A stretch of DNA of 64,000 nt, from the IMG/VR virus record IMGVR_UViG_3300045988_117466, positions 32,001 through 96,000 of that record. One strand, 5' to 3'. The position numbers and the translations under genes were made by a program. The DNA comes from a virus. The notes under the pieces were generated by a model. The model worked only from the letters and a program-made list of their open reading frames with translations. It had not been told where the DNA came from and ran no database searches. Below, in pieces: positions 26,701-36,529 of this stretch (the first letter of the stretch is position 1; every line of letters starts with the position of its first letter).

Positions 26701-27531
26701 TTATTCTTCAGTTGTAACTGAATCTTTTCCTGTTTCATCTGTCTTGTCAGTCGTAGTTGAATCCGTTCCTTCTGAAGTGGTAGCAGGTTCTGTTGACTGC
26801 ACAGGAATCACTTCATATTTGATTTCAATCTTGTCTAATTCCTCTTTGCTAGAAGAACTGAAAATCTGCTGTTTAATTACGTTCATTTGTTGGAAATAAG
26901 GATAGATAAACGCTTTGATCATTGCTGTTAACTGCACAAATTCCTCAGCAGTAAATGTCTCACACGCACTCTTTTTACTATGCCATTCAAGAACTACTTG
27001 CTGACCAGCGGCAGTAAGAGCCTGATACTGCATAAAGTTCAGAGCCATTTCATTCTGATCTTCCTCGCTAACTCCATAAGGCTTGCCATTGAATTCCACG
27101 CTCTGACCTGCTAAGAACTCAGCGAGAGCAGTTTTGTTTTTCTCCTGTAAATAGTTCTTGTACTCATCAAGAGTCAGTGTGTTAATATCAACGACCTGAT
27201 TGACTTTTTCATCAAGTCGCTGCACTTGTTCTACGATATTTGCTCTTGTAAGAGATACGATCAGTGCATCTTCCCATTCTCCATTTGTGTTGTTATATAA
27301 TCCCTGCTGTAAAGAGATTTCCTTATAGTTGTTAAAGCATGTATAAGTTGCAATCTGCACATCATCTCTGTAGATGTCTAGCTCTTTAAAGTTTGTAAAT
27401 GCTGATTTAACTGCTTTTAGATCATCTGTGCAAACAACGAGCTTACATTCCATGTCAAACGTCATAGAATTAAACTGCATCAGATTAAACACTTTGTCTT
27501 CAGCGTTATCTAACTTCACTGTGTATACCAT
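26701..27531 (-). CDS. tail-fibre-associated protein (DUF4376-like C-terminal half, tentative)
   Basis: The ATG at 27531 follows AAAGGTGAAATACAT. The gene lies directly downstream of the giant fibre gene. Confidence 0.45.
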   Translation of the reverse strand: MVYTVKLDNAEDKVFNLMQFNSMTFDMECKLVVCTDDLKAVKSAFTNFKELDIYRDDVQIATYTCFNNYKEISLQQGLYNNTNGEWEDALIVSLTRANIVEQVQRLDEKVNQVVDINTLTLDEYKNYLQEKNKTALAEFLAGQSVEFNGKPYGVSEEDQNEMALNFMQYQALTAAGQQVVLEWHSKKSACETFTAEEFVQLTAMIKAFIYPYFQQMNVIKQQIFSSSSKEELDKIEIKYEVIPVQSTEPATTSEGTDSTTTDKTDETGKDSVTTEE

Positions 27532-27614
27532 ATGTATTTCACCTTTCTTTCTGTTTTTGGGCATACAAAAAGAGCAGCCCGAAAACTGCCCTGTGTATGT
27601 TATGTTATTTAGTT

Positions 27615-30600
27615 TTATAAGTTGAGTTTTGCAAATTTTTCTTCAAGTTCGGCAAGCCTTGATTCTAAATCGGCTTTTTCTTGTTTGAGTGTTTCTAATT
27701 CTTTTCTTGTCTTTTGAATCATATGAGTATTTAATGCAATAAATTCTGTATAGGAAACACCATATTCTGTTTCAATATCAACTTCGACATCTTTGCCAAA
27801 ACGCTTTTCAAGATCTTCCTGTACGAGTGGTCTATGTGTTACGACTGCAAACTCATCAGCATCATATCCTTCGGATTCTAAGACATCCTCTGTTTTATGA
27901 GCACCAAACCCAAAATGAGTTTTCTTACCATCGTAATCTCCGATGTAATTGAAGCCTATAGGATTTAAATTCATATAGAAATCTTCGTATTGGTCAAGAG
28001 TTGTAAAGTTTTCTTTAAGATTTTCATCTGAAGTAGATATACCGTGTGATGCCCAAATTGAAGACCCATATAAACGTAGTTGTTGACTATCATCTCCGAT
28101 ACATACACCGCCCCATGAAGTTCCTCTGGCAATTTGGAATCCATGCGCCCAGTAGAATGATTCACTATCGGAACCAATGACAACTGCACCAGAGCTATGC
28201 ACTTCTGAACAATAAAGCCAAGAGTTCGCAATAAGGTCGTTTGCCGTTAGGTTATGCCCACATGTAATATCGTTACTTGCCCAGTTAATTCTAAATGGTC
28301 TGTCATTTGTCCAACCACCATAAGGATCGCCAGAATTGGTGCGTAAAATATAAAAATCGGCACTATCATTTCTGAGCATACAACCGATATTACCGCTTAT
28401 AATACGTACTTGATCGCCACCACACTGGATTTCTCTTCCGCCATAAACGGTTCCTGCGGTTTCAATCAATCCACCATTTTTTACTGTAATTGAAGATGCA
28501 ACAAATCGCTCAGTTGTGATTTCATTAGACTTAATAAGCGTACCTATGCTATTAACAACACCATCTTCGTTGTAAGAAGTGAAAACAATACTGCCAGCTC
28601 CTATCAGTGTCCCAACGCAAGTGTTATCAGCATTTGGATAATCTTTACAGTAACTTGAATAATAGGCTTTGATCATACCGCCAGTTAAACAAATTCCATT
28701 GCTACTTGTTATGTCTGCTTTAATAGTCCCACTGTCTCCAATATATGTTTCTCCAGTGTTCCAAGCAGAAGTAGAAATGCCATCTTCGCCAAGATAGATG
28801 TCTCCATCGTTATTTTGTCCAAATATTTTTTTTGCACTATTAGAACCTATTGTAAACATTTCATTATTTTTTACATATAGGGCATTCGCAAGATTAAATT
28901 TTCCGATCTTACCCTTTATAGACACTAAACTTCCATCATATCCAACCCTAAACGGAGCTGAATCACTACTCTCTGCACCTGCCCAAAACGCTTGATTACC
29001 GCCGATACCAGTACACGTAGAACCACTTCCAGTGATGAGCCATTGGTCGGTAATTTTGTATTTACCGATTGTTCCGCCTTTTGCTGTGATATTTCCACTA
29101 GCATCCCACTTCAAATACTTACTATCAAAACTACCATCCTTAAGATTTAAGAATGATCCTGTCGAATTAGCTACATAATTCTTAGAACGAATAGCATCTG
29201 TTGCGATTTTATCTGCTGTAATAGAACCAGTGTAAATTTTACCGCCATCAATCCATGTAGTATTAGTTGTCCAATTTGATACAAGATCTACTTGTGGAAG
29301 ATAGTCTTCAGGAGCTGGAGTCCAATCGGTTGCTTTATTGCCTTTTTCAACTTTAAAGCTCTTTACCTGTACTGATCCACTTTGGATATAATCAGTTCTA
29401 ATACCACAATTCCAATATTCGTTTTGTACGTGATATTTATCAAGTACGGCAGAATATAGAAGTTCATATACTCCGCTCCCAGAAAATGTCGGTCTGAGAG
29501 TTGATGGAAAACTCCCGCCGTTCCAAAGCGTAACATTTCCTGATCCTTGCAACCATATTTGTATTGTTTTCCCGCTTGCTGCTACAAGATTATCATATTT
29601 AATATACATATGAACTGTTATCCTATCGCCTGCTTTTAGATCGTCCAAATAAACTCGTCCAATATCAAAACAGGTATTAGCACTACCATTAAAATATGTA
29701 TATGGCGTACTATATTCATTGGATGTCCCCCTTGCTAAATTCCTACCACCAACCTCTAAACCATCAACTTTGCTCTGTGCCACTTTTCCAATCTCACTCT
29801 TGGCATCGCTGCTTAAACTCTCAAAAGTAACTTTCCCTTTCAAATTTATCTTATTAGCAACAATATTCAAAAAATCATCTGTAAGCACCATGCTAGATGA
29901 TTTATCTCCACCCTTAACAATCCACTCAAACTTCTTAGCAGTCTGATTAGCAATAGTTTCTACATTTACGATCTTTCCATTTACATCTTCTGGTGCCAAT
30001 GTGAAAGGTGTAGCAGAAGTACCACGTTCGATCTTTAAGCAGATTTGCGAAATGTCGGAAGGTGTGATGGCTGAATCGTCTTTATACTTTACAATTACAG
30101 CAATGTATTTAGCATCTTTTACATCAACAATCTTTGGAAAATCACTCCAATCTGTACCAACATAACCAGCCCCTAACCATTTTTTATTAACATCAAAAGC
30201 GGTAATAAAAAGTTGAACTGGTTTCTTAGATTGATTGCTATAGGCATTTGAAATTGTAATTGTTCCAGATACAGGGACTAATTCCTTAACACGTATTCTT
30301 GTTGTCATAAAAGCCTTATTAGTATCATAATCGCAACCTACATTTGTTTTACCATCTTGAAATGTTCCTCGCTCCCAATTACTAGGCAAATTACTAACCA
30401 AGTTTTGACCGTTGATCTCATCATCTTCAGGAGCAGGAGTCCAATCTGTGGCTTTGTTACCTTTCTCAACCATAATTTCAGTAAAATAAACATTGTAAGA
30501 AGCAGAAGTATCAGATACCCCAACCATTAAGTTTAATTTATTGCAACCACTTCCTTTTGCATCAATAGTCCACGTATAAATGTTTTCAGTTGTGTCAACT

Positions 30601-33600
30601 GTAAAAACATGCCAGTCTTGACTAATTATTATATTGCCACTATTGATCCAATGAATCCCAACACTAAATTTTTGATTCGCTGCACTGCCTTTAATTCTTG
30701 CACTAAAAGTGATATGATCTCCTTCTTTAATGCTGCCTGCTGGCGTCCATTGATTAAATCCTTGATAATTTTGTTTATTACCAACAATATGTGCCCACAT
30801 TTTACCGTTGGAAGAAACTATTTCTCTAGTGGTAGGATTCCCCCAATCAGACCATTCTTTGCGTCCATTCTTGAAAGCACTATTTAAGATTAAATTTCTC
30901 CCACCAATCTCAAGTCCATCGAAGTCACTCTTGGTTACATAAGTCTGACCAACTCTAGTTTCAATCTTATCTACACTTGTCTTCCAAGTAGAATAATTAT
31001 TTACGAACTCATCAATATTGCCAGAGTTTCCAACAGTAGTCATAACTTTCTGGACTTTGCCACTAACACCCTCAAGATTAATCGTGTTTTCTACTAACTG
31101 ATTTGTAATATGTGATTGTCTTGCAACAGGAGTACCATAATAGCAGTTCATTAACTGGCATTCTGAAAGAGCAGAAATAGTTGTACCTAATTTAAATCCT
31201 TCTGTAGAAGCACCTTCATTTACAACAACTTCGATACAGTTCCACCCTTTTACAAATCCCAACGTCAAAGATTCACCTGTTCGATTGTAAGCGTCACTAC
31301 CACCGATCAACTTACCGTTCAAATAAATATGTGCTCCATCATCATGTGCGAATGTAATTGCAACACTTTTAGCAGCAGAGAATTTTACAAAAGTAAGAGC
31401 ATAGCCAATATAGTTATTATCATAGTTCCAAGCAATACTTAAATCCGTGTCATTAATTAATACACTCTGACTAGGTGTAAGATTTGTATTCTTAGCGAAT
31501 ACATCCATTGTACTCTTGCCTTGATATTCACTTGCAAACAAACTCTTAGGATAAATCTCATATCTCCACTTATTCAGTCCTTCATTCGCTTTGCTAATAT
31601 CACCCTTAACTAATGTTAACTCTCGCTCATAAGTAGTCTTTTCCACTCTTTGTTCAATGGCTTGCTTGTTGTTATCCACCTTTAAACTTACGTCAGATAT
31701 CTCTGATTTGGTAGATAAAATCGCTGTTTGAACGTCCTCAGGGGCTGGCGTCCAACCAGTAGGAGAAGAACCTTTTTCAAGTTTAATATCCCACAAATGG
31801 ATAGTATAAGCATCTGTTCCGTTCGAATATTGATTAACTCTTAATTTATATTTGGCTGTAACGGTTGGAGTAAATATAACATATCCTTTTCGCATATCAA
31901 AAAAGTCATTCGTTTTATCACTACACAACCATAGTGTTACCAGTTTCTTAGATGGATCTTGTCCGCTTGTGTCATGGTTCGCAGCCCAATTTCCATCAGT
32001 TTTTGCTTGTAGTACATATTTTTTGCCAGCTTCGAGTTCAATGGAAGTGATAATATCTTGGTATACAATCCACCCATCGGCTCTTGAATCAGTCTTTTCA
32101 AAAGGGGTATCTTTAGTATAAGAAGAAACTCCAGTTAGTAAATTCCTACCATCACCAATATCACTCACATCATAAATCTTAGCAATACTACATGTATCAT
32201 AAAAACTACTATCATTAGCAACAGCTCGGAAAGTAACCATAGTAACTGCATCACTATATAAGCTACTATCTTTGCTAACACTCAATACATTGTTACTGAT
32301 CGTTAATCCTTTCTGTCCACTTACAACATCTGCGAAGCTAACTCCGCCATCAATGCTGTATTGCCATTTGCCAAAGCTGATTTCTCCTTGAATTGTAGGT
32401 TTGATTGTAATTGTGTTCGGTGCGAATGTTTTGCCACCGTCCGTAGACTTAAAGTATTGAGATGAAGGTGTGATAGAGAGGTTTTTGGCATTGTCACCTT
32501 TTTGTCCTTTATCACCATATACACCAATAACCTTAGGTGTACTAATAGGTTCACTTGTACCATCACTATACTTGGTCTGATAACAATTCCATAAATATTT
32601 TTTATCAGTAGTGAGTTTTTGAGTAGTGATATCTATACTCCAACCAGAAGTAGAAGAAGTTACTCCCGAAGCTTGAGATGTTGCTAAGTAATACTGAACT
32701 GTTTCGGAAACTCCACGACCTTCTAAGTCTTCTGGATGAGGTGCATATGGAACTTCTACATTGTTCCTTGATAACATTGGACATGCGACATAGAAAACAG
32801 CAGGAGAGTTATTAGTCTGCAACATAAAAGTACAAGTTGTAGCAGTTTCATCTGTGCAATTACCAGAAATACTTACCTTAAACCAATTTCCATTGCCAGC
32901 AGCTTCAAAATCTGCTTTTGTAATTTGTTTATTGATTGAAGCGACAGGTTTATAGTCGTGACCTTGTCTAAATCCAATCCATGTGTCCACATTATTGGTT
33001 GTAATTTTACTAACATCGGGGCACATAACCCAGAATGTTAAATATAGATCTTCTCCAATGTTATAATCCGCAAAGTATATAGGTGGAACATCTAATCTTA
33101 CTGAGCTTTGGTTTGCAATTTTAATTGAATTATATCCATTGTATTTGTTTTCTGTATCAACACTAAAACCACTAGCAAGATTCCATTTTTTTGTACCAAC
33201 GGGGAATGAGCTATCTTGAAGAAGATTCCAACTAAACTTCTCACCATCAATTCCCTTGTCGCCAGTTGCTCCCTTTGTCAATACCCACGTATATTTAGAC
33301 GGATCACTTGAGTTGCTTTCTATAAAATCTGCATATTGTCCCATGTGCGTTTTGTTTGTACTATCAACAATAGAAAAATCAATAATTTTATCTACCTGTT
33401 TAACAGTTCCAACCAATGGATCACTACCAAAAGTTGTTGAGTTTGCAGTATAAGTTCCTACTTCAAGAGTTTTGTAAACCCATTTATCATTTTTCCCAAA
33501 TCTAACCAATGTGCTTTCTGTTAATGTAAAACGATAATTTTCACTACAAAGAAACGTAATATTTGCGTAGGCAATATGTACATGTGGGGTCTGTCCGTCT

Positions 33601-33980
33601 TGTCCCTTAACACCTTGAGGTCCTTGTTTCCCACAACTCCAAGAAAACTGTTTCTTAACAGTCTGCCCATCAAGCGTAATAGGAATCTCAATTACTCCTG
33701 CATCGGCACCGATAGTAGTACCAGCACTCACACTAAATGTAACTCTTTTACTGTTTTTACTGACAGTAATCCCACTGCCAGAAGTAATATTTCCAATCGT
33801 GTAATCAGTCCGTTCCTGGCTACCACGAATAACAATAATGTCTGTATAGTAACTTTGTGCGGAAGTTACTTTTCTATTTGAATCTGTGGCAAATTGCTGT
33901 GCTTCGTTTGTTAACATGACTGTAAATGGTTCTGTCATATTAGCAACAGTAATCTCACCATAGCCTAAAGTTTTACCCAT
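27615..33980 (-). CDS. giant tail fibre / receptor-binding protein (2121 aa) with a C-terminal intramolecular-chaperone (peptidase S74-type) domain
   Basis: Collagen-like GPQGVKGQDGQ. Five modules end in (V/L/I)E(K/R)G..(A/P)T.(W/F)T.APED or a variant. The C-terminal TSDENLKENF...GFNY...FGFGAHKTEDV plus a coiled coil matches the SDxxxK autoproteolytic chaperone. Confidence 0.8.
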   Translation of the reverse strand: MGKTLGYGEITVANMTEPFTVMLTNEAQQFATDSNRKVTSAQSYYTDIIVIRGSQERTDYTIGNITSGSGITVSKNSKRVTFSVSAGTTIGADAGVIEIPITLDGQTVKKQFSWSCGKQGPQGVKGQDGQTPHVHIAYANITFLCSENYRFTLTESTLVRFGKNDKWVYKTLEVGTYTANSTTFGSDPLVGTVKQVDKIIDFSIVDSTNKTHMGQYADFIESNSSDPSKYTWVLTKGATGDKGIDGEKFSWNLLQDSSFPVGTKKWNLASGFSVDTENKYNGYNSIKIANQSSVRLDVPPIYFADYNIGEDLYLTFWVMCPDVSKITTNNVDTWIGFRQGHDYKPVASINKQITKADFEAAGNGNWFKVSISGNCTDETATTCTFMLQTNNSPAVFYVACPMLSRNNVEVPYAPHPEDLEGRGVSETVQYYLATSQASGVTSSTSGWSIDITTQKLTTDKKYLWNCYQTKYSDGTSEPISTPKVIGVYGDKGQKGDNAKNLSITPSSQYFKSTDGGKTFAPNTITIKPTIQGEISFGKWQYSIDGGVSFADVVSGQKGLTISNNVLSVSKDSSLYSDAVTMVTFRAVANDSSFYDTCSIAKIYDVSDIGDGRNLLTGVSSYTKDTPFEKTDSRADGWIVYQDIITSIELEAGKKYVLQAKTDGNWAANHDTSGQDPSKKLVTLWLCSDKTNDFFDMRKGYVIFTPTVTAKYKLRVNQYSNGTDAYTIHLWDIKLEKGSSPTGWTPAPEDVQTAILSTKSEISDVSLKVDNNKQAIEQRVEKTTYERELTLVKGDISKANEGLNKWRYEIYPKSLFASEYQGKSTMDVFAKNTNLTPSQSVLINDTDLSIAWNYDNNYIGYALTFVKFSAAKSVAITFAHDDGAHIYLNGKLIGGSDAYNRTGESLTLGFVKGWNCIEVVVNEGASTEGFKLGTTISALSECQLMNCYYGTPVARQSHITNQLVENTINLEGVSGKVQKVMTTVGNSGNIDEFVNNYSTWKTSVDKIETRVGQTYVTKSDFDGLEIGGRNLILNSAFKNGRKEWSDWGNPTTREIVSSNGKMWAHIVGNKQNYQGFNQWTPAGSIKEGDHITFSARIKGSAANQKFSVGIHWINSGNIIISQDWHVFTVDTTENIYTWTIDAKGSGCNKLNLMVGVSDTSASYNVYFTEIMVEKGNKATDWTPAPEDDEINGQNLVSNLPSNWERGTFQDGKTNVGCDYDTNKAFMTTRIRVKELVPVSGTITISNAYSNQSKKPVQLFITAFDVNKKWLGAGYVGTDWSDFPKIVDVKDAKYIAVIVKYKDDSAITPSDISQICLKIERGTSATPFTLAPEDVNGKIVNVETIANQTAKKFEWIVKGGDKSSSMVLTDDFLNIVANKINLKGKVTFESLSSDAKSEIGKVAQSKVDGLEVGGRNLARGTSNEYSTPYTYFNGSANTCFDIGRVYLDDLKAGDRITVHMYIKYDNLVAASGKTIQIWLQGSGNVTLWNGGSFPSTLRPTFSGSGVYELLYSAVLDKYHVQNEYWNCGIRTDYIQSGSVQVKSFKVEKGNKATDWTPAPEDYLPQVDLVSNWTTNTTWIDGGKIYTGSITADKIATDAIRSKNYVANSTGSFLNLKDGSFDSKYLKWDASGNITAKGGTIGKYKITDQWLITGSGSTCTGIGGNQAFWAGAESSDSAPFRVGYDGSLVSIKGKIGKFNLANALYVKNNEMFTIGSNSAKKIFGQNNDGDIYLGEDGISTSAWNTGETYIGDSGTIKADITSSNGICLTGGMIKAYYSSYCKDYPNADNTCVGTLIGAGSIVFTSYNEDGVVNSIGTLIKSNEITTERFVASSITVKNGGLIETAGTVYGGREIQCGGDQVRIISGNIGCMLRNDSADFYILRTNSGDPYGGWTNDRPFRINWASNDITCGHNLTANDLIANSWLYCSEVHSSGAVVIGSDSESFYWAHGFQIARGTSWGGVCIGDDSQQLRLYGSSIWASHGISTSDENLKENFTTLDQYEDFYMNLNPIGFNYIGDYDGKKTHFGFGAHKTEDVLESEGYDADEFAVVTHRPLVQEDLEKRFGKDVEVDIETEYGVSYTEFIALNTHMIQKTRKELETLKQEKADLESRLAELEEKFAKLNL

Positions 33981-34053
33981 TCAAATATTTCCTCCTTAAC
34001 GATAATTAGGCGTACATTAAAAAAGACAATAATGTACGCCCTGACATTATTGC

Positions 34054-36516
34054 CTATTCACTATCATCAACGACTTCGCAGCCGAAGATCATTTTCCCAT
34101 TTACGACAGATGAATCTAAGAAAATTGCTTTTCCAGATGCATAATTAGAAGCTGTGTCCAATTCCACTCCTTTTTTATCTCTTCGAGTCCAGTTGTAAGT
34201 ATATTTTGGAAGATCGTTACCAGCAGCTGCTGACCAAGCTGTTCCATTATATTTCATTAAAGTAACTGTTTTAGCAGAAGCATCTACCTTATAATAAAAA
34301 TCCCCACTCGCAGGCTTTGCAGGAGCAGAAGTAGAGAATGTTGTAGATTTCAATGTATCAATTTCTTTTCCGTTTCTTGTAACGATTACATATAAAGCAC
34401 CTGCACCCTGTCCATTAATCAATTGATCCCCTAAAGAACTCAATACATTAATTGAACATGGATCACTCTGATCAATAACACTGACATATGCAGAATATGT
34501 CTTACCACCATAAACAGCATTGCATCTGAACGAAGCAACAGAATCTACCATGCTGGGCGTTACTGTTAAATTCGCAGATGTAGCATTTGCGATATTTTGG
34601 TATGCTCCGCTAACATATTTGCTCCATTGATATGTAACACCAGAAGTGACAGTAGTTGTACCATTTGTTAATGTCGTTTGTAGTAAAACGGTGTTACTGT
34701 CATTAATGATATGGCTTCCATTAGGAGCATAAGCCTGAAACAATACAGCATTTACACCATTCGTAGCTTTCGTATTTTTGCTCCAATTAAATTTATGCGT
34801 AGATGTTAATCCTGCTGCAACTATAGAAATAGTAATATCTCCACTCATGGCATTTGCTAAAGAAGCTCCATTCGCAACAGTTAAAATAATTGATCCTTCA
34901 GCAGAAGCAGTTGCATCTGTATTGGATTTTACAGTTATTCCACTTGGTAATGTTCCTACAGTAGCCTTACCTGCAATTCTTGTTGTCCCTTTATAGCAAG
35001 AATATGGAATTGTAATATCTTTAGCTGCACTGGCAGTTCCATTAGGGTTGCAAGGAATTACTTCGCTGTAATTTCCAAGAACTGTACTTACAGCAGAAGT
35101 ACCATCTTTACCATTCCCACCATTTTTACCATCCGCAATAATTGTTACGGTCTGAGTATCCAATAATGTAGTTGTACCGCCAGAAGCATATAATTCTGCT
35201 TTGATTGTCTTAATAGCCGTACTAGAAGGTGTATAGTCAACTCTAGTTTGATCAGAACTTGATGTGTATTTCACTGTATACGTATTTCCATCTGTGCTTT
35301 CAGAGATTTTAAATCTACCAGAATAAGCTGTTGCAGCTGTAGTATTTCCAATTCTCTTATAGGCACTGAACTTAGCCTGTGCTGGGCTAAGTACATTAGA
35401 AGCATTTAGTTTAAGAATATTACTTTCAGCTGTTACCTGATAAATAGTTGCATCACTACCAGATCTGTCTTTATTTAAAGAAAATCTTTTTGTAATATTT
35501 GCCTGACCTGATTTAGTACATACAAATTCAACATAGCCAGAATCAACAGTAATTCCTGTAACAGTATATTTTCTTGTGTCTCCATCCCATGTACCTGTGA
35601 TACCATTACTTGGAGTAGCTTTGATAGTCCAGTTTGCTGAGTCGTCAACTCCACCTTTGTAGATAGTAATTGTAGTATCAGCACCTGTAAGAGATGAACT
35701 ATATAATCCGCCATTGGCGTTACAAGGCACAGATTGTGTATCATTGCTTAACACACAACTATAAACATCTTTACCCGCAGCTCCATCTCTTAGTTTAACA
35801 ATCTGATGAATATCATATACATTATCGTCATTGGTAAGTAATCTAATGACTGCTACATCGTTTACAAACACTGCATCATTATGGTTCACAGTAAGAGTAG
35901 TAGTTGTACTAGCACTAGGGTAAGCAGCAAATGACCCATCTGATTTTTTATACTGCCATTGCTTTACAGAAGTGTTCGTCAATACAGCAGTTAATGTAAT
36001 AGAAGAAGCAGAGGTAATTGCTCCATCTCCATTGTATTTAAATGTAGTATCTCCAGTAATACTACAATCGGATAATTCGGTAGCTTGTTTTACTAGAGAA
36101 AATGACATCTGACATCTTGTTTCTGCTTTGATCTGAGTGTCTGGATCAGTATAAGCAATACTACAAATATAAGTGATCATCTCTGAGCTATTTGGTACCA
36201 ACATACTCTTGCTAACGCTTAACACTCCACTGGATACACTTTCTCCTGTAACAATGTCTGTAGATGCAGCAGATCCAACTTTTCTCTGCCAAGTAATACT
36301 TAAACCAGTCTGAGTAAGTGATACCTGTTTATTGTCAATAAAAATGACTGGAGTAAGTGTTAATTTACTTACTGACCAATCAGGATTATATTTTGTAGTT
36401 GCATTGGGATCATATGATACAAAATTTGGTTGATTTGATGTCACATATGCTTGTATCTGCTTCCCATCTGTCAGGTCTGTAATTGTAATCTCGCCATAGG
36501 CAAGCACTTTTCCCAT
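34054..36516 (-). CDS. tail fibre / host-specificity protein with repeated Ig-like modules (820 aa)
   Basis: Shares the N-terminus MGK.L.YGEIT with the next gene. Ser/Thr-rich beta-repeat composition. Confidence 0.65.
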   Translation of the reverse strand: MGKVLAYGEITITDLTDGKQIQAYVTSNQPNFVSYDPNATTKYNPDWSVSKLTLTPVIFIDNKQVSLTQTGLSITWQRKVGSAASTDIVTGESVSSGVLSVSKSMLVPNSSEMITYICSIAYTDPDTQIKAETRCQMSFSLVKQATELSDCSITGDTTFKYNGDGAITSASSITLTAVLTNTSVKQWQYKKSDGSFAAYPSASTTTTLTVNHNDAVFVNDVAVIRLLTNDDNVYDIHQIVKLRDGAAGKDVYSCVLSNDTQSVPCNANGGLYSSSLTGADTTITIYKGGVDDSANWTIKATPSNGITGTWDGDTRKYTVTGITVDSGYVEFVCTKSGQANITKRFSLNKDRSGSDATIYQVTAESNILKLNASNVLSPAQAKFSAYKRIGNTTAATAYSGRFKISESTDGNTYTVKYTSSSDQTRVDYTPSSTAIKTIKAELYASGGTTTLLDTQTVTIIADGKNGGNGKDGTSAVSTVLGNYSEVIPCNPNGTASAAKDITIPYSCYKGTTRIAGKATVGTLPSGITVKSNTDATASAEGSIILTVANGASLANAMSGDITISIVAAGLTSTHKFNWSKNTKATNGVNAVLFQAYAPNGSHIINDSNTVLLQTTLTNGTTTVTSGVTYQWSKYVSGAYQNIANATSANLTVTPSMVDSVASFRCNAVYGGKTYSAYVSVIDQSDPCSINVLSSLGDQLINGQGAGALYVIVTRNGKEIDTLKSTTFSTSAPAKPASGDFYYKVDASAKTVTLMKYNGTAWSAAAGNDLPKYTYNWTRRDKKGVELDTASNYASGKAIFLDSSVVNGKMIFGCEVVDDSE

Positions 36517-36529
36517 ATAATTTTCCTCC

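Noticed and set aside
27615-36516. A diversity-generating retroelement or phase-variable repeats in the fibre genes.
   Set aside because: No reverse-transcriptase gene and no near-identical template/variable repeat pair is visible. The repeated APED joints differ substantially at the nucleotide level.
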